From positions 20,001 to 144,000 of the forward strand of contig NZ_JMCB01000003.1 in the NCBI RefSeq assembly GCF_000737315.1: 124,000 nt of DNA, in the 5' to 3' direction. Source of the stretch: Hyalangium minutum. GTDB lineage: Bacteria; Myxococcota; Myxococcia; Myxococcales; Myxococcaceae. The translations under genes were made by a program, and so were the position numbers. Below, in pieces: positions 21,365 to 32,098 of this stretch. Every line of letters starts with the position of its first letter. Within the stretch, counting starts at the first letter, position 1. The notes under the pieces are model-generated. The model was not told the DNA's origin, ran no database searches, and saw only the letters and a list, made by a program, of their open reading frames with translations.

Positions 21365-22390
21365 TCAAGCGCCCGAGGACGACATTCCCTCCAGCTGGCG
21401 GATGATGGTGGCCAGCGCCTCTGGGGACACCTTCGTCTCCGTGGACTTGTTGCGCAGCGCGGCCTCCGGCATCGACGGCACCAGGCACGTCTCCGGATCC
21501 TGGGCGAAGGTGAGCCCGCCCGCGCGCTTGATGGCCATCAGGCCCACCGCGCCCTCCTCGCCCATGCCGCTGAGCACCGCGCCCGCGGCGTGCTGGCCAT
21601 AGGCTCGGGACAGGGACGCCAGCAGCAGATCCCCCGAGGGGAACGTGGTGCCCGAGGCCTTCTCGATGACGATCTCGCCCTGGAGCCCCACGCGCAGGTG
21701 GTGGCCATCCGGGGCCAGGTACACGGTGCCCGGCCGAGGCTGCTCCGAGGCGCGAGCAATCTCCACCGGCAGCGGAGACAGCGAGGACAGCCAGCGGTGC
21801 AGGCCCACGGTGAAGCCCGGGGTGATGTGCTGAGCGATGAAGACGGGGTAGGGCAGGCTGCGCGGCAGCAGCCACAGCAGCGAGGCCAGCGCCGTGGGCC
21901 CGCCGATGGACGAGAACAGCCCAAAGCCACCGATGCGCCGGCCCGCGGGCAGCGGCGGCGGGTTGGCGTGGCCCTCACGGCGCTTGGTCACCAGCGGCAC
22001 CTCCGCCAGCAACCGGATGGCCGACAGCAGGCGTACACCAAAGCGCGCCACATCCTCGGGAGAGCCCTGCGGCTTGGCGATCACCTCCAGCGCTCCGGCC
22101 TGGAGCGCGCGGAAGGACAGATCCGTGTCCGGGGCGCCGGACACCATGAGGATGCGGCAGGGCGTCTCGGCCATGATGCGCTCGGTGGCGCCCAGGCCAT
22201 CCATGCCCGGCATCTGCACGTCCAGGGTGATGACGTCCGGCTTGAGGGAGCGCGCCAGGGCCACGGCCTCCTCGCCGTCGCGCGCAGTCCCCACCACGGT
22301 CACGTCGGGCTGTGCCGACAGCAGCCGGGTGAGGACCTGGAGCATGGTGGGGGAATCGTCGGTGAGGAGGACTTGGATGGGCTTGCTCAT
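21365..22390 (-). CDS. cheB: CheB-type response regulator methylesterase (copy 3, variant active site)
   Basis: Receiver; SSIGG, QH, LSGMGEEG. Confidence 0.85.
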   Translation of the reverse strand: MSKPIQVLLTDDSPTMLQVLTRLLSAQPDVTVVGTARDGEEAVALARSLKPDVITLDVQMPGMDGLGATERIMAETPCRILMVSGAPDTDLSFRALQAGALEVIAKPQGSPEDVARFGVRLLSAIRLLAEVPLVTKRREGHANPPPLPAGRRIGGFGLFSSIGGPTALASLLWLLPRSLPYPVFIAQHITPGFTVGLHRWLSSLSPLPVEIARASEQPRPGTVYLAPDGHHLRVGLQGEIVIEKASGTTFPSGDLLLASLSRAYGQHAAGAVLSGMGEEGAVGLMAIKRAGGLTFAQDPETCLVPSMPEAALRNKSTETKVSPEALATIIRQLEGMSSSGA

Positions 22391-22483
22391 GCGGTTCTCC
22401 GGAACTCTTTTCGGGGGAGGAATCTACCCCATGGGTGGGGTCCTCGCCTACGACCTACCATGTAACAGTGTAACCAACATGTA

Positions 22484-24697
22484 TCACCCGGCCTTGCGTT
22501 TCTTTTCACGCCGGGGACTGGCCTCAGGGGAAGGTGGCGAAGGGGGCAGGGCCGGCCGAGTCGAGGGGAAGGGCGTACCATCCGTGGGGCCGGTTTCTAC
22601 CCCCGGTACTTCCGCCGGGAGAGCGGGCAGGCGGATGACGAAGGTGCACCCCTCGCCGGGTTTGCTGTGCACGGCGATGCTCCCCCCGTGATTCTTGACG
22701 ATGCGCTGGCAGATGGCCAGCCCCAACCCTGTACCCTTTTCCTTCGTGGTGAAGAAGGGCACGAAGATGTGCTGTTGCTGGTCCAACGGAATCCCTGGCC
22801 CGGTGTCCGAGACGTGAACCTCGACGAACTCGTTGACGGTGCCGCCGCGGAAGTCTCCGAAGCGGTCCTGCTTCACGGTGCCCACGGTGATGCGCCCGCC
22901 CGGAGTCCCAATGGCCTGCACCGCGTTCTGGACCAGGTTGATGAGCACCTGCTTGAGCTGCTCTGCATCTCCGTCCACGCGCGGCGCCGTGAGGTCCAAC
23001 TGGACGGCCAGCTCGATCTGCTTGGGCACATCGTTCTGGATGAGGCGCATGGTGCGGGTCACCACCTCATTGAGGTCCGTCTGGCCAAAGTTTTGCTTCA
23101 GCGGCCGAGCGTAGTCCAGGAACGCCGTCACCACGCCATTGAGGCGGTTGACCTCTTCGACGATGACGCCCAGGAACTCGCCGTCCTCGCCCGGGAGCCG
23201 CTTCGGATCCAGGCACTGCGCCGCGCCCTTGATCGCCCCCAGGGGGTTGCGGATCTCGTGCGCCAGGCCCGCCGCCATCTCGCCCAGGGCCGCCAGGCGG
23301 TCGCGCTCGCGGATCTTTTCATACAGCTTGGAGTTCTCCAGCACCGTTGCCAGGCGCTCGGCCACCGTGAGGATGAGGGCGATCTCGTCCGAGGCGTAGG
23401 CCTCCGGCACGCGCTCGTCCCACAGGTTCAGGAAGCCGATCACCCGATCGTTGCCCACCAGCGGCACGGAGATGCCGGACTTCATCTGCAGCAGCGCGGC
23501 GCGCGTGTCCTGCAGGCGCTTGAGCTCGTCCCGGAAGCGCTTGCCCTCGGCCGCGTGCATTCGCAGCGCCGCCAGCCGCGTGTCCACGTTCTCCAGCAGC
23601 ACCGCCTTCTGCCCCGAGGCCGCCGCCAGCAGCAGGCCGCGCGCCGCCGCCGTGTCCAGGAAGCCCTCGGGCGGAGGGCCGCGTGAGTCCAGCAGCCGGT
23701 AGCCCGGACGATCCTCCGCCATCATGTACACGGAGGTATGGGTGACGCGGCCCGTCTCGTGGAGCGCGTCCAGCACCATCCGCGTCACCTCGGAGATGTC
23801 GATCACCGTGGCCATGCGCGCCCGGAGGTTCCCGAGCACTCGCAGCAACTCGAAGCGCTCGCGGAAGAAGATGGCCACCACCTGCTCGTCCACCTTCACG
23901 CGCAGGGGCTCCATCAGGATGATGGTGACGAAGGCGGCCACCACCGTGTTGAAGACGAAGAGGCTCGCGTTCTCCTTCACCCACACGGTCAACACCGTGA
24001 AGACGGCGGCCAGGATGAAGGCCAGCACCGTCTGCGAGGCGATCTTCCCCAGCAGCTCGTGCAGGTCCATCAGCCGCAGCCGCAGCAGCGTCTGGGAGAG
24101 GAAGAACAGGTACATCGTGGAGAAGATGGGCCCCAGCGGCGGCAGGGGAATGTCGTAGCGCCGGCCCACGAGGTCCACGGCCGCGAGGACGATGGTGACG
24201 CCTGCGCCCAGGGCCAGGTACATCAGCCGCAGCCGCTCGATGCGCGATTGCTGGCTGCGCACCTGGTTGAGCAGCAAGCTCACCGAAGTCAGCAGGGTAC
24301 CGAGCACCCAGACGCTCACCGCCACGCGCGCCCAGTTCTGCTGCGCCAGCGGCGTCACCGCCACCGCCAGCCCGAACACGCCTGAGAGCAGGGCGAGCCG
24401 CCGGCCCTGCATATGGGCCTCTTTGCTGACGCCCAGGAACTCCAGGAAGAAAGAGACGGCTGACAGGGGGACAAGCGAGGCGAACAGGATGGTGGCGCCC
24501 ACCGCCGTTCTGGACACCCAGCCGGGCTCGGGGAAGATGCCCGCGAAGAACAGCGCCAGGTAGTACCCCGCCACCGTGAGGGCGAAGACGGAATACAGTG
24601 TCACCACCCGAGGGCGGCCCGGCCGCAAGAGCATGGCGAGCCCGAGCGCCAGGCCGACGAGGGATGCAAGCAGGGCGCTCTGAGTGCGGATGTCCAT
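22484..24697 (-). CDS. Multi-TM GAF sensor histidine kinase
   Basis: About 8 TM N-terminus, GAF-like region, LAHEIRNPL, NLVQNA, DTGPG, GTGLGL. Confidence 0.9.
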   Translation of the reverse strand: MDIRTQSALLASLVGLALGLAMLLRPGRPRVVTLYSVFALTVAGYYLALFFAGIFPEPGWVSRTAVGATILFASLVPLSAVSFFLEFLGVSKEAHMQGRRLALLSGVFGLAVAVTPLAQQNWARVAVSVWVLGTLLTSVSLLLNQVRSQQSRIERLRLMYLALGAGVTIVLAAVDLVGRRYDIPLPPLGPIFSTMYLFFLSQTLLRLRLMDLHELLGKIASQTVLAFILAAVFTVLTVWVKENASLFVFNTVVAAFVTIILMEPLRVKVDEQVVAIFFRERFELLRVLGNLRARMATVIDISEVTRMVLDALHETGRVTHTSVYMMAEDRPGYRLLDSRGPPPEGFLDTAAARGLLLAAASGQKAVLLENVDTRLAALRMHAAEGKRFRDELKRLQDTRAALLQMKSGISVPLVGNDRVIGFLNLWDERVPEAYASDEIALILTVAERLATVLENSKLYEKIRERDRLAALGEMAAGLAHEIRNPLGAIKGAAQCLDPKRLPGEDGEFLGVIVEEVNRLNGVVTAFLDYARPLKQNFGQTDLNEVVTRTMRLIQNDVPKQIELAVQLDLTAPRVDGDAEQLKQVLINLVQNAVQAIGTPGGRITVGTVKQDRFGDFRGGTVNEFVEVHVSDTGPGIPLDQQQHIFVPFFTTKEKGTGLGLAICQRIVKNHGGSIAVHSKPGEGCTFVIRLPALPAEVPGVETGPTDGTPFPSTRPALPPSPPSPEASPRREKKRKAG

Positions 24698-24805
24698 GTT
24701 CGGGAGAACAGTCTAACCTGTGTCCACGTCCGGAAATTTTTTGAGTGGTCCCAGTTGTCCTCGGGCGTGCCCGAGCACATCCACCAGGGCTCAGTGTCCG
24801 CCCCC

Positions 24806-27226
24806 ATGAAATCCGCCCTTTCGCTGATTGCCCTCGTTTCTTTCGCGCAGCTGGCCTCGGCCCAGCCGGTGGCCGATGCCCCGGCCACGGCTCCGCAGCC
24901 GCGCACTGACGGCGCGCCGCCCGAGGCGCAGCTGCGTCCCCTCCCGGACACGGAGACGGCACCGCTGCCCCCCGGCTACGTGGAGATCTTCAACCCCGCG
25001 TTCCCGCTGCCCGTGGTGATGGCGCCTCCCGCCAAGAAGGAGGAGGCCAAGGCAGAGGTTCCGCGCGGCAAGGCCTACGGGCTGGACGAGCTGACGCCGT
25101 ACTTCGCCGCGGGCAAGAAGAAGGAGGCCAAGGCCGCCTTCGACAAGGGCTTCTACCTGAAGGCCCGGGAGCTGCTGCAGGACGAGGGCAACTCGGCGCC
25201 GGTGCGTTACCTGCGGGCGCTGAGCGCGGTGCGCGCGGGAGATGATGTCCGCGCGGCCAGCGAGATGGCCTCCCTGGCGGAGGACTACCCGGCGCTGCGG
25301 GATCGCTGCCTCACGCACGCGGGCATGGCGCTCGAGGATCTGAGCCGCTTCGACGAGGCGGCGAAGCTGCTCGACCAGGTGTCGCAGGACTCGAAGCTGT
25401 ACGTGGATGCGCGGCTGGCGCTCGGGCGCGTGCTGCGCAAGAAGAAGGACTACGACGGGGCCATGGCCGCGCTCACGCCGCTGGCGGATCGGCCCGCGCC
25501 GCTGTTCGGCCGCAACGTGGGTGCCGAGGCGCTCATGGCCATCGCCGACATCGCGGTGGAGAAGAAGGATCGCAAGCGCGAGCAGGAGGCGCTGTGGCGG
25601 CTGTGGTCCCTGTACCCGCTCTCGCCGCTGACCAAGCAGGCCGATCGTCGGCTCAAGGGCATCAAGCCCCCGGTGGACGCCCAGGTGGCGCGCGCCGAGC
25701 AGCTCATCGAGCTGCACCGCAACAAGCAGGGCCTCACGGTGCTGGAGCCGCTGCTGACTGCGCTGGCGCTGCCGGATCCGCTCGCCTGCCGCGCGCACTT
25801 CGCCTACGGCAAGGGCCAGCGCAAGGAGCGCAACCACACGAAGGCCATCTCCGTGCTCACGCCGGTGGTGGACAAGTGCCAGGATGCGGATCTGCTGCCG
25901 CGCGCCATGTACGTGCTGGGCTCCTCGCGCTCCATCGTGGACCAGAAGCGTGGCCCGGAGACGTACGAGCGGCTCGCGCGCGAGTTCCCCGGCCACTCCT
26001 TCGCGGACGACGCGCTGTTCTACGCCGCTGACCTGTACGTGAAGACGGATCGGCCGGGGCAGGCCCTGGAGCGGCTCCAGGAGCTGGAGAAGAACTATCC
26101 GCAGGGCGACTTCCTGGGCGAGGCGCTCTTCAAGGCGTACTGGATTGCACGCACCTCGAAGGTGCCGGACGGCGGGCTGCCCATCCTGGAGCGCATCGAG
26201 AAGCGCTTCGCTGACGCGGACGAGACGTACGACGTGGAGCGGGCCCAGTACTGGCGGGCGCGGACATTCCTGGAGCGCGGCAACAGCAAGGACGCCGTGG
26301 CCCTCTTCGAGCGGCTCGCGCTGGAGCACCCGGCCACGTACTACGGGCTGATGGCCCGTGCGCAGCTGGGCGAGATGGACAAGGAGCGCTTGGAGAGCAT
26401 CGGTCCGCAGCTGGTGTTCACCGCGGAGCGTGCCAGCCCGTGGCCTCTGCACACCGGTCCCGCCATGGAGAAGGATCCGCACTTCCTGGCGGCCGTGGAG
26501 CTGCTGCGCCTGGGCTTCCCCGAGGCCGTGTCCTCCGAGCTGCTCGCCGTCAACCGCAACGGCCTGCCCACCGAGCCCGTGCGGCTCATCGTTCATCTGC
26601 TCTCGATGGCGGGGGACCAGCGCGCGGCGCACGCCGTGGCGCGCGTGTCCCTGCGCAGGGATCTCAGCGGCCGCATCACTCCGGAGACGCGGCCGGTCTG
26701 GGAGATCGCCTATCCGAATGCGTACCGCGAGCTGATCGAGAAGCACACGAAGGAGGCCGGGGTGGAGCCGGATCTCCTGCAGGCGCTAATGCGCGAGGAG
26801 AGCGCGCTGGACCCCAAGGCCCTGTCGTGGGCGGGAGCGCTGGGGCTCACCCAGCTGATGCCCACCACGGCGAAGGCGGTCGCGCAACAGTTGAAGATCA
26901 AGCGCTTCCGCGTGGAGTCCCTGCTGGATCCGGACATGAACATCCGCATCGGCGCGCACCACCTGGGCGAGCTGGTGAAGAAGTTCGGCGGCAACGCGCC
27001 GTTCGCGGTGGGCAGCTACAACGCCGGCGCCGGAGCGGTGAACCGCTGGCGCTCCGAGCGCAGGGGCATGCCGCTGGATGCGTGGGTGGAAGAGGTGCCG
27101 ATCGCGGAGACGCGCGGCTACATCAAGCGCGTGCTGCGCTCCTACAACACCTACCAGCTCCTCTATGGCCGTCCGGCCAAGGCCTCTGCGGTGAAGTCCG
27201 CGGGCCTAGTACCGGGGGCTCGCTAG
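24806..27226 (+). CDS. Soluble lytic murein transglycosylase (TPR + SLT)
   Basis: Signal peptide; MREES, ALGLTQLMP, YNAGAG, ETRGYIK. Confidence 0.9.
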   Translation: MKSALSLIALVSFAQLASAQPVADAPATAPQPRTDGAPPEAQLRPLPDTETAPLPPGYVEIFNPAFPLPVVMAPPAKKEEAKAEVPRGKAYGLDELTPYFAAGKKKEAKAAFDKGFYLKARELLQDEGNSAPVRYLRALSAVRAGDDVRAASEMASLAEDYPALRDRCLTHAGMALEDLSRFDEAAKLLDQVSQDSKLYVDARLALGRVLRKKKDYDGAMAALTPLADRPAPLFGRNVGAEALMAIADIAVEKKDRKREQEALWRLWSLYPLSPLTKQADRRLKGIKPPVDAQVARAEQLIELHRNKQGLTVLEPLLTALALPDPLACRAHFAYGKGQRKERNHTKAISVLTPVVDKCQDADLLPRAMYVLGSSRSIVDQKRGPETYERLAREFPGHSFADDALFYAADLYVKTDRPGQALERLQELEKNYPQGDFLGEALFKAYWIARTSKVPDGGLPILERIEKRFADADETYDVERAQYWRARTFLERGNSKDAVALFERLALEHPATYYGLMARAQLGEMDKERLESIGPQLVFTAERASPWPLHTGPAMEKDPHFLAAVELLRLGFPEAVSSELLAVNRNGLPTEPVRLIVHLLSMAGDQRAAHAVARVSLRRDLSGRITPETRPVWEIAYPNAYRELIEKHTKEAGVEPDLLQALMREESALDPKALSWAGALGLTQLMPTTAKAVAQQLKIKRFRVESLLDPDMNIRIGAHHLGELVKKFGGNAPFAVGSYNAGAGAVNRWRSERRGMPLDAWVEEVPIAETRGYIKRVLRSYNTYQLLYGRPAKASAVKSAGLVPGAR

Positions 27227-27259
27227 CGCGCGTGGCCCAGGTCTTCTAGACTCGGGCCC

Positions 27260-28650
<1,391 letters not shown>

Positions 28651-28654
<4 letters not shown>

Positions 28655-29244
28655 TCGAAAGTGCCGTCCTGGTTCTGAACCGGAACTACCAGCCTGTCCA
28701 CGTCACTTCCGTCAAGCGCGCCTTCTCCTTGCTGTACCAGGGCGTGGCCAAGGCCATTGACGACCAGTACCGGCTCTACGAGTTCGCCGACTGGGCCGCG
28801 CTGAGCGCCACCACCGACTGCATCACCACGGTGAACCGCTCCATCCGCGTGCCCCGCGTGCTGGTGCTCTCTGTCTACGAGTACCTCCCCAAGGGCCGGG
28901 TGCGCTTCTCACGTCTCAACATCTACGCGCGCGATCACGACACCTGCCAGTACTGCGGGCGCACCCTGCCTCGCTCGGAGCTGAACCTGGATCACGTGCG
29001 GCCTCGCTGTGACGGAGGCAAGACGACGTGGGAGAACGTTGTCTGCTCGTGCGTGCCCTGCAACCTGAGGAAGGGCGGGCGCACCCCGGAGCAAGCAGGG
29101 ATGAAGCTGCTGCGGAGACCTTTCCGCCCGAAGTGGACGCCGCTGTTCCGCGGAGCCATCCGGCGTGTCACCTACCGTGAGTGGTTGCCCTTCCTGAGGG
29201 TAGAGGACGCCTCTTACTGGAACGTGGAGCTGCTGGACGAGTAG
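28651..29244 (+). CDS. HNH endonuclease
   Basis: CQYC, LDHVRP..GG.TTWENVVCSC.PCN.RKG. Confidence 0.9.
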
Positions 29245-29386
29245 CGCGGCCCCGGTCCTCTGGGGCCGAGTGTGGCCGATTTTTCTCCGAGTGGGTCCCC
29301 GAGGGGCACGGATGCGTCCGTGCTCCAGACATCCGGGCCGAGGCTCGCCCCCCATGGCGAGCCCTGCGGCAGGGAAGGGGACACAC

Positions 29387-31039
29387 GTGAAACAGAATCG
29401 GTTGCTGATGCTGGGCGCGCTCGCGATCGTCTTCAGCCTCGTGGGCTGTGACTGCGGCGGCGGAGATTCGAAGCCTCCCATCGAGGAGCCGGACGGCGGT
29501 ACCACTCCCTCGGATGGGGGAACGGACATCCCCGACGGAGGCCCCGGCTCGGTGTGCCTGGCGCAGGGGGCGGCGTGCAGCCGGACCTCGGGGGCCCAGT
29601 GCTGTAACGGCGTGTGCGGCGCGGACAATGTGTGTCCGGCGCCCAATGAGCTCTGCAAGAGCCCCAACGAGGTCTGCCAGACGGGCGGCGAGTGCTGCAC
29701 CAATATCTGCTCGAACGGCAAGTGTGCCTCCAACCTGTGCAAGGACGTGGGCCAGGCCTGCGCCACCGCCGAGGACTGCTGCACCAAGACATGCACCGGC
29801 GGCACGTGTGCGAACGTCCCCGGCAACGTCTCCAGCTGCAAGGTGCTGGGCCAGGCTTGCGCCTCGGGCGCGGAGTGCTGCTCCACCAACTGCCAGGGCG
29901 GCGTGTGCACCCGCGCCTATACCTGCAAGGCCTACGGGGACGTGTGCCTCACGGACGCGGAGTGCTGCGGCCAGTCGTGCTCCTCGCCGGACGGTGTCAC
30001 GGCGGGCCGCTGCGAGTTCATCACCGGCGGTGGTGGCGGTGGCTGTCGGCAGGACGGCAACCCGTGCTCGGGTGGCTCCGGGTGCTGCTCGCGCACCTGC
30101 GTGGATCTGGGCTACGGCGCCACGGTCTGCCAGCCCGTGGGGGGCTGCAAGCTCACGGGTAACGCCTGCAACGCGGCCAATGACTGCTGCGGCGGCGGGA
30201 CCAACCCCAACGGCTCGGTGACGTGCGCGGGGGGACGGTGCGACAACGGCCAGAGCTGCAACGGCGTGGGCAACATCTGCGGCTCCGGCAAGCTGCCGGA
30301 TGGTGGCACCACGGACATCAACGCCTCGCAGAACTGCTGCGACGGCCGCAAGAACGTCTGCAAGGTGGACTCCTCGGGCGTGCCCCGCTGCTTCGGCGGC
30401 GGCAGTACCCAGTGCCCTACGGGCTACACGGGCACCGCGCCGTGCTGCATCAACGATGGCCAGAACTGCCAGTTCTCCGACCAGTGCTGCGGTGACGCCC
30501 TCTGCCTGCCCAACGGCAGCGGCGGGCTGAGCTGCCAGCGGCCCACGTGCTCGCCGGTGGGGGCTCCCTGCACCTCCGAGGCTGGCGGCACCTCGGCCTG
30601 CTGCGCGGGCTCCAGCTGCTTGCCGGTGGACGAGCTCAACTTCGCCTGCCAGGCCCCCCGGCCGCCCACCAGCGGCACGGATGGCGGCACCGGCGGGACT
30701 CCGGACGCGGGGCCGGCGTGTAAGGCCAACGAGACGGCCTGCACCTCGCCCTCGCAGTGCTGCTCGGGCATCTGCACGGGCGGTCTGTGCAAGCCGCCCG
30801 CCCTGTGCCAGCCGCAGAACGGGGCCTGCACCTCGGGGGCGGACTGTTGCCAGGGGCTGCGGTGCGACGTGCCGTCCGGCTCCACGACGGGCACCTGCCA
30901 GCCGGGCGCCGCATGCTCGGCCAGCGGCCAGGCGTGCTCGCCCTCGGTGGGCTGCTGCTCCGGCCTCAGCTGCGAGACGGCCTCCGGGACCGCCTGCGAC
31001 GGCACCTCGGCGTGCCTCTGCATGGTGATCCTCAACTAG
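29387..31039 (+). CDS. Cysteine-rich repeat lipoprotein
   Basis: GTG after GGAAGGGG RBS; lipobox LVGC; many C-x5-6-CC-x3-C modules. Confidence 0.8.
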   Translation: MKQNRLLMLGALAIVFSLVGCDCGGGDSKPPIEEPDGGTTPSDGGTDIPDGGPGSVCLAQGAACSRTSGAQCCNGVCGADNVCPAPNELCKSPNEVCQTGGECCTNICSNGKCASNLCKDVGQACATAEDCCTKTCTGGTCANVPGNVSSCKVLGQACASGAECCSTNCQGGVCTRAYTCKAYGDVCLTDAECCGQSCSSPDGVTAGRCEFITGGGGGGCRQDGNPCSGGSGCCSRTCVDLGYGATVCQPVGGCKLTGNACNAANDCCGGGTNPNGSVTCAGGRCDNGQSCNGVGNICGSGKLPDGGTTDINASQNCCDGRKNVCKVDSSGVPRCFGGGSTQCPTGYTGTAPCCINDGQNCQFSDQCCGDALCLPNGSGGLSCQRPTCSPVGAPCTSEAGGTSACCAGSSCLPVDELNFACQAPRPPTSGTDGGTGGTPDAGPACKANETACTSPSQCCSGICTGGLCKPPALCQPQNGACTSGADCCQGLRCDVPSGSTTGTCQPGAACSASGQACSPSVGCCSGLSCETASGTACDGTSACLCMVILN

Positions 31040-31081
31040 TCGTGCCGAGGAGTCGACGCGGAGGGCGGGACGGGTTTTGAT

Positions 31082-32098
31082 GTGGGCGCTTTGAAGCCCG
31101 CACCTGTTCCCTCCGCGTCGGTCTCTCCCACTCCTTCACCCATCCCCGGTCCGCCGGGGCTCTCCAAGCGCGCGCGCCCTCGGCGGGTCATCGCCGTGGG
31201 CGGCGGCAAGGGGGGCATCGGCAAGACGCTCGTGTCGGCCAACTTGGGCATTGCCCTGGCGCAGGCGGGCATGCGCGTGCTGCTGGTGGACGTCGACCTG
31301 GGCGGCGCCAACCTCCACACCTGTCTCGGGGTGGGCCAACCGAACGCGACGCTGTCGGACTTCGTCCGCAGCAGCAAGGTCCAGATCGAGGACATCATCA
31401 TCCCCACCGGTGTGCCCCAGCTGTCGCTGATCGCGGGCGCCCAGGACGCGCTGGACGCGGCCAACCTCAAGTACGCCCAGAAGCAGAAGCTGCAGCGCGC
31501 GCTCATGGCCCAGCAGGTGGACTACCTGCTGCTGGATCTGGGGGCGGGCACCAGCTTCAACACCCTGGATTTCTTCCTGATGGCGGACCACGGCGTGCTG
31601 GTGGTGCTGCCCGAGCCCACCGCCGTGGAGAACGCCTACCGCTTCGTCAAGGCGGCCTTCTTCCGCCGGCTGCAACAGGTGGAGGCGCAGTACGGCATCG
31701 AAGACCTGGTGGAGAGCGCTCTCACCACGCGCGAGGGGGCCCTGCGCACGCCGCATGACTTCATCGCTCAGGTGCGCCAGCATGATCCCAACGCGGGCGC
31801 CCGGCTGGAGCGGGATCTGCAGTCGTTCCGCATCCGCCTGGTGGTGAACCAGGCCCGCACGGACGCGGACATGAACGTGGGCACCGCGGTGGTGTCCGCT
31901 TGGAAGAAGTTCTTCGGCCTGGAGATGGATGAGCTGGGAGCCATCCGGTACGACGACGAGGCCTGGCGCGCGGTGCGCAAGCGCAGGCCCATCCTCCTCG
32001 AGCGTCCCGACTCGGCCGCCGCCCAGGGACTTCAGCGCATCGCTGCGCGTATCCTGACCCTCGATAGCCCCGGAAGCGCCGGGTTTTCCACGCCATGA
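31082..32098 (+). CDS. MinD/FlhG-like P-loop ATPase
   Basis: GGKGGIGKT, DVDLGGANL, LLDLGAG. Confidence 0.88.
   Translation: MGALKPAPVPSASVSPTPSPIPGPPGLSKRARPRRVIAVGGGKGGIGKTLVSANLGIALAQAGMRVLLVDVDLGGANLHTCLGVGQPNATLSDFVRSSKVQIEDIIIPTGVPQLSLIAGAQDALDAANLKYAQKQKLQRALMAQQVDYLLLDLGAGTSFNTLDFFLMADHGVLVVLPEPTAVENAYRFVKAAFFRRLQQVEAQYGIEDLVESALTTREGALRTPHDFIAQVRQHDPNAGARLERDLQSFRIRLVVNQARTDADMNVGTAVVSAWKKFFGLEMDELGAIRYDDEAWRAVRKRRPILLERPDSAAAQGLQRIAARILTLDSPGSAGFSTP

Noticed and set aside
29250-29380. Three consecutive hairpins after the HNH gene, considered as selC or another tRNA
   Set aside because: No T-loop, acceptor stem or anticodon arm can be formed
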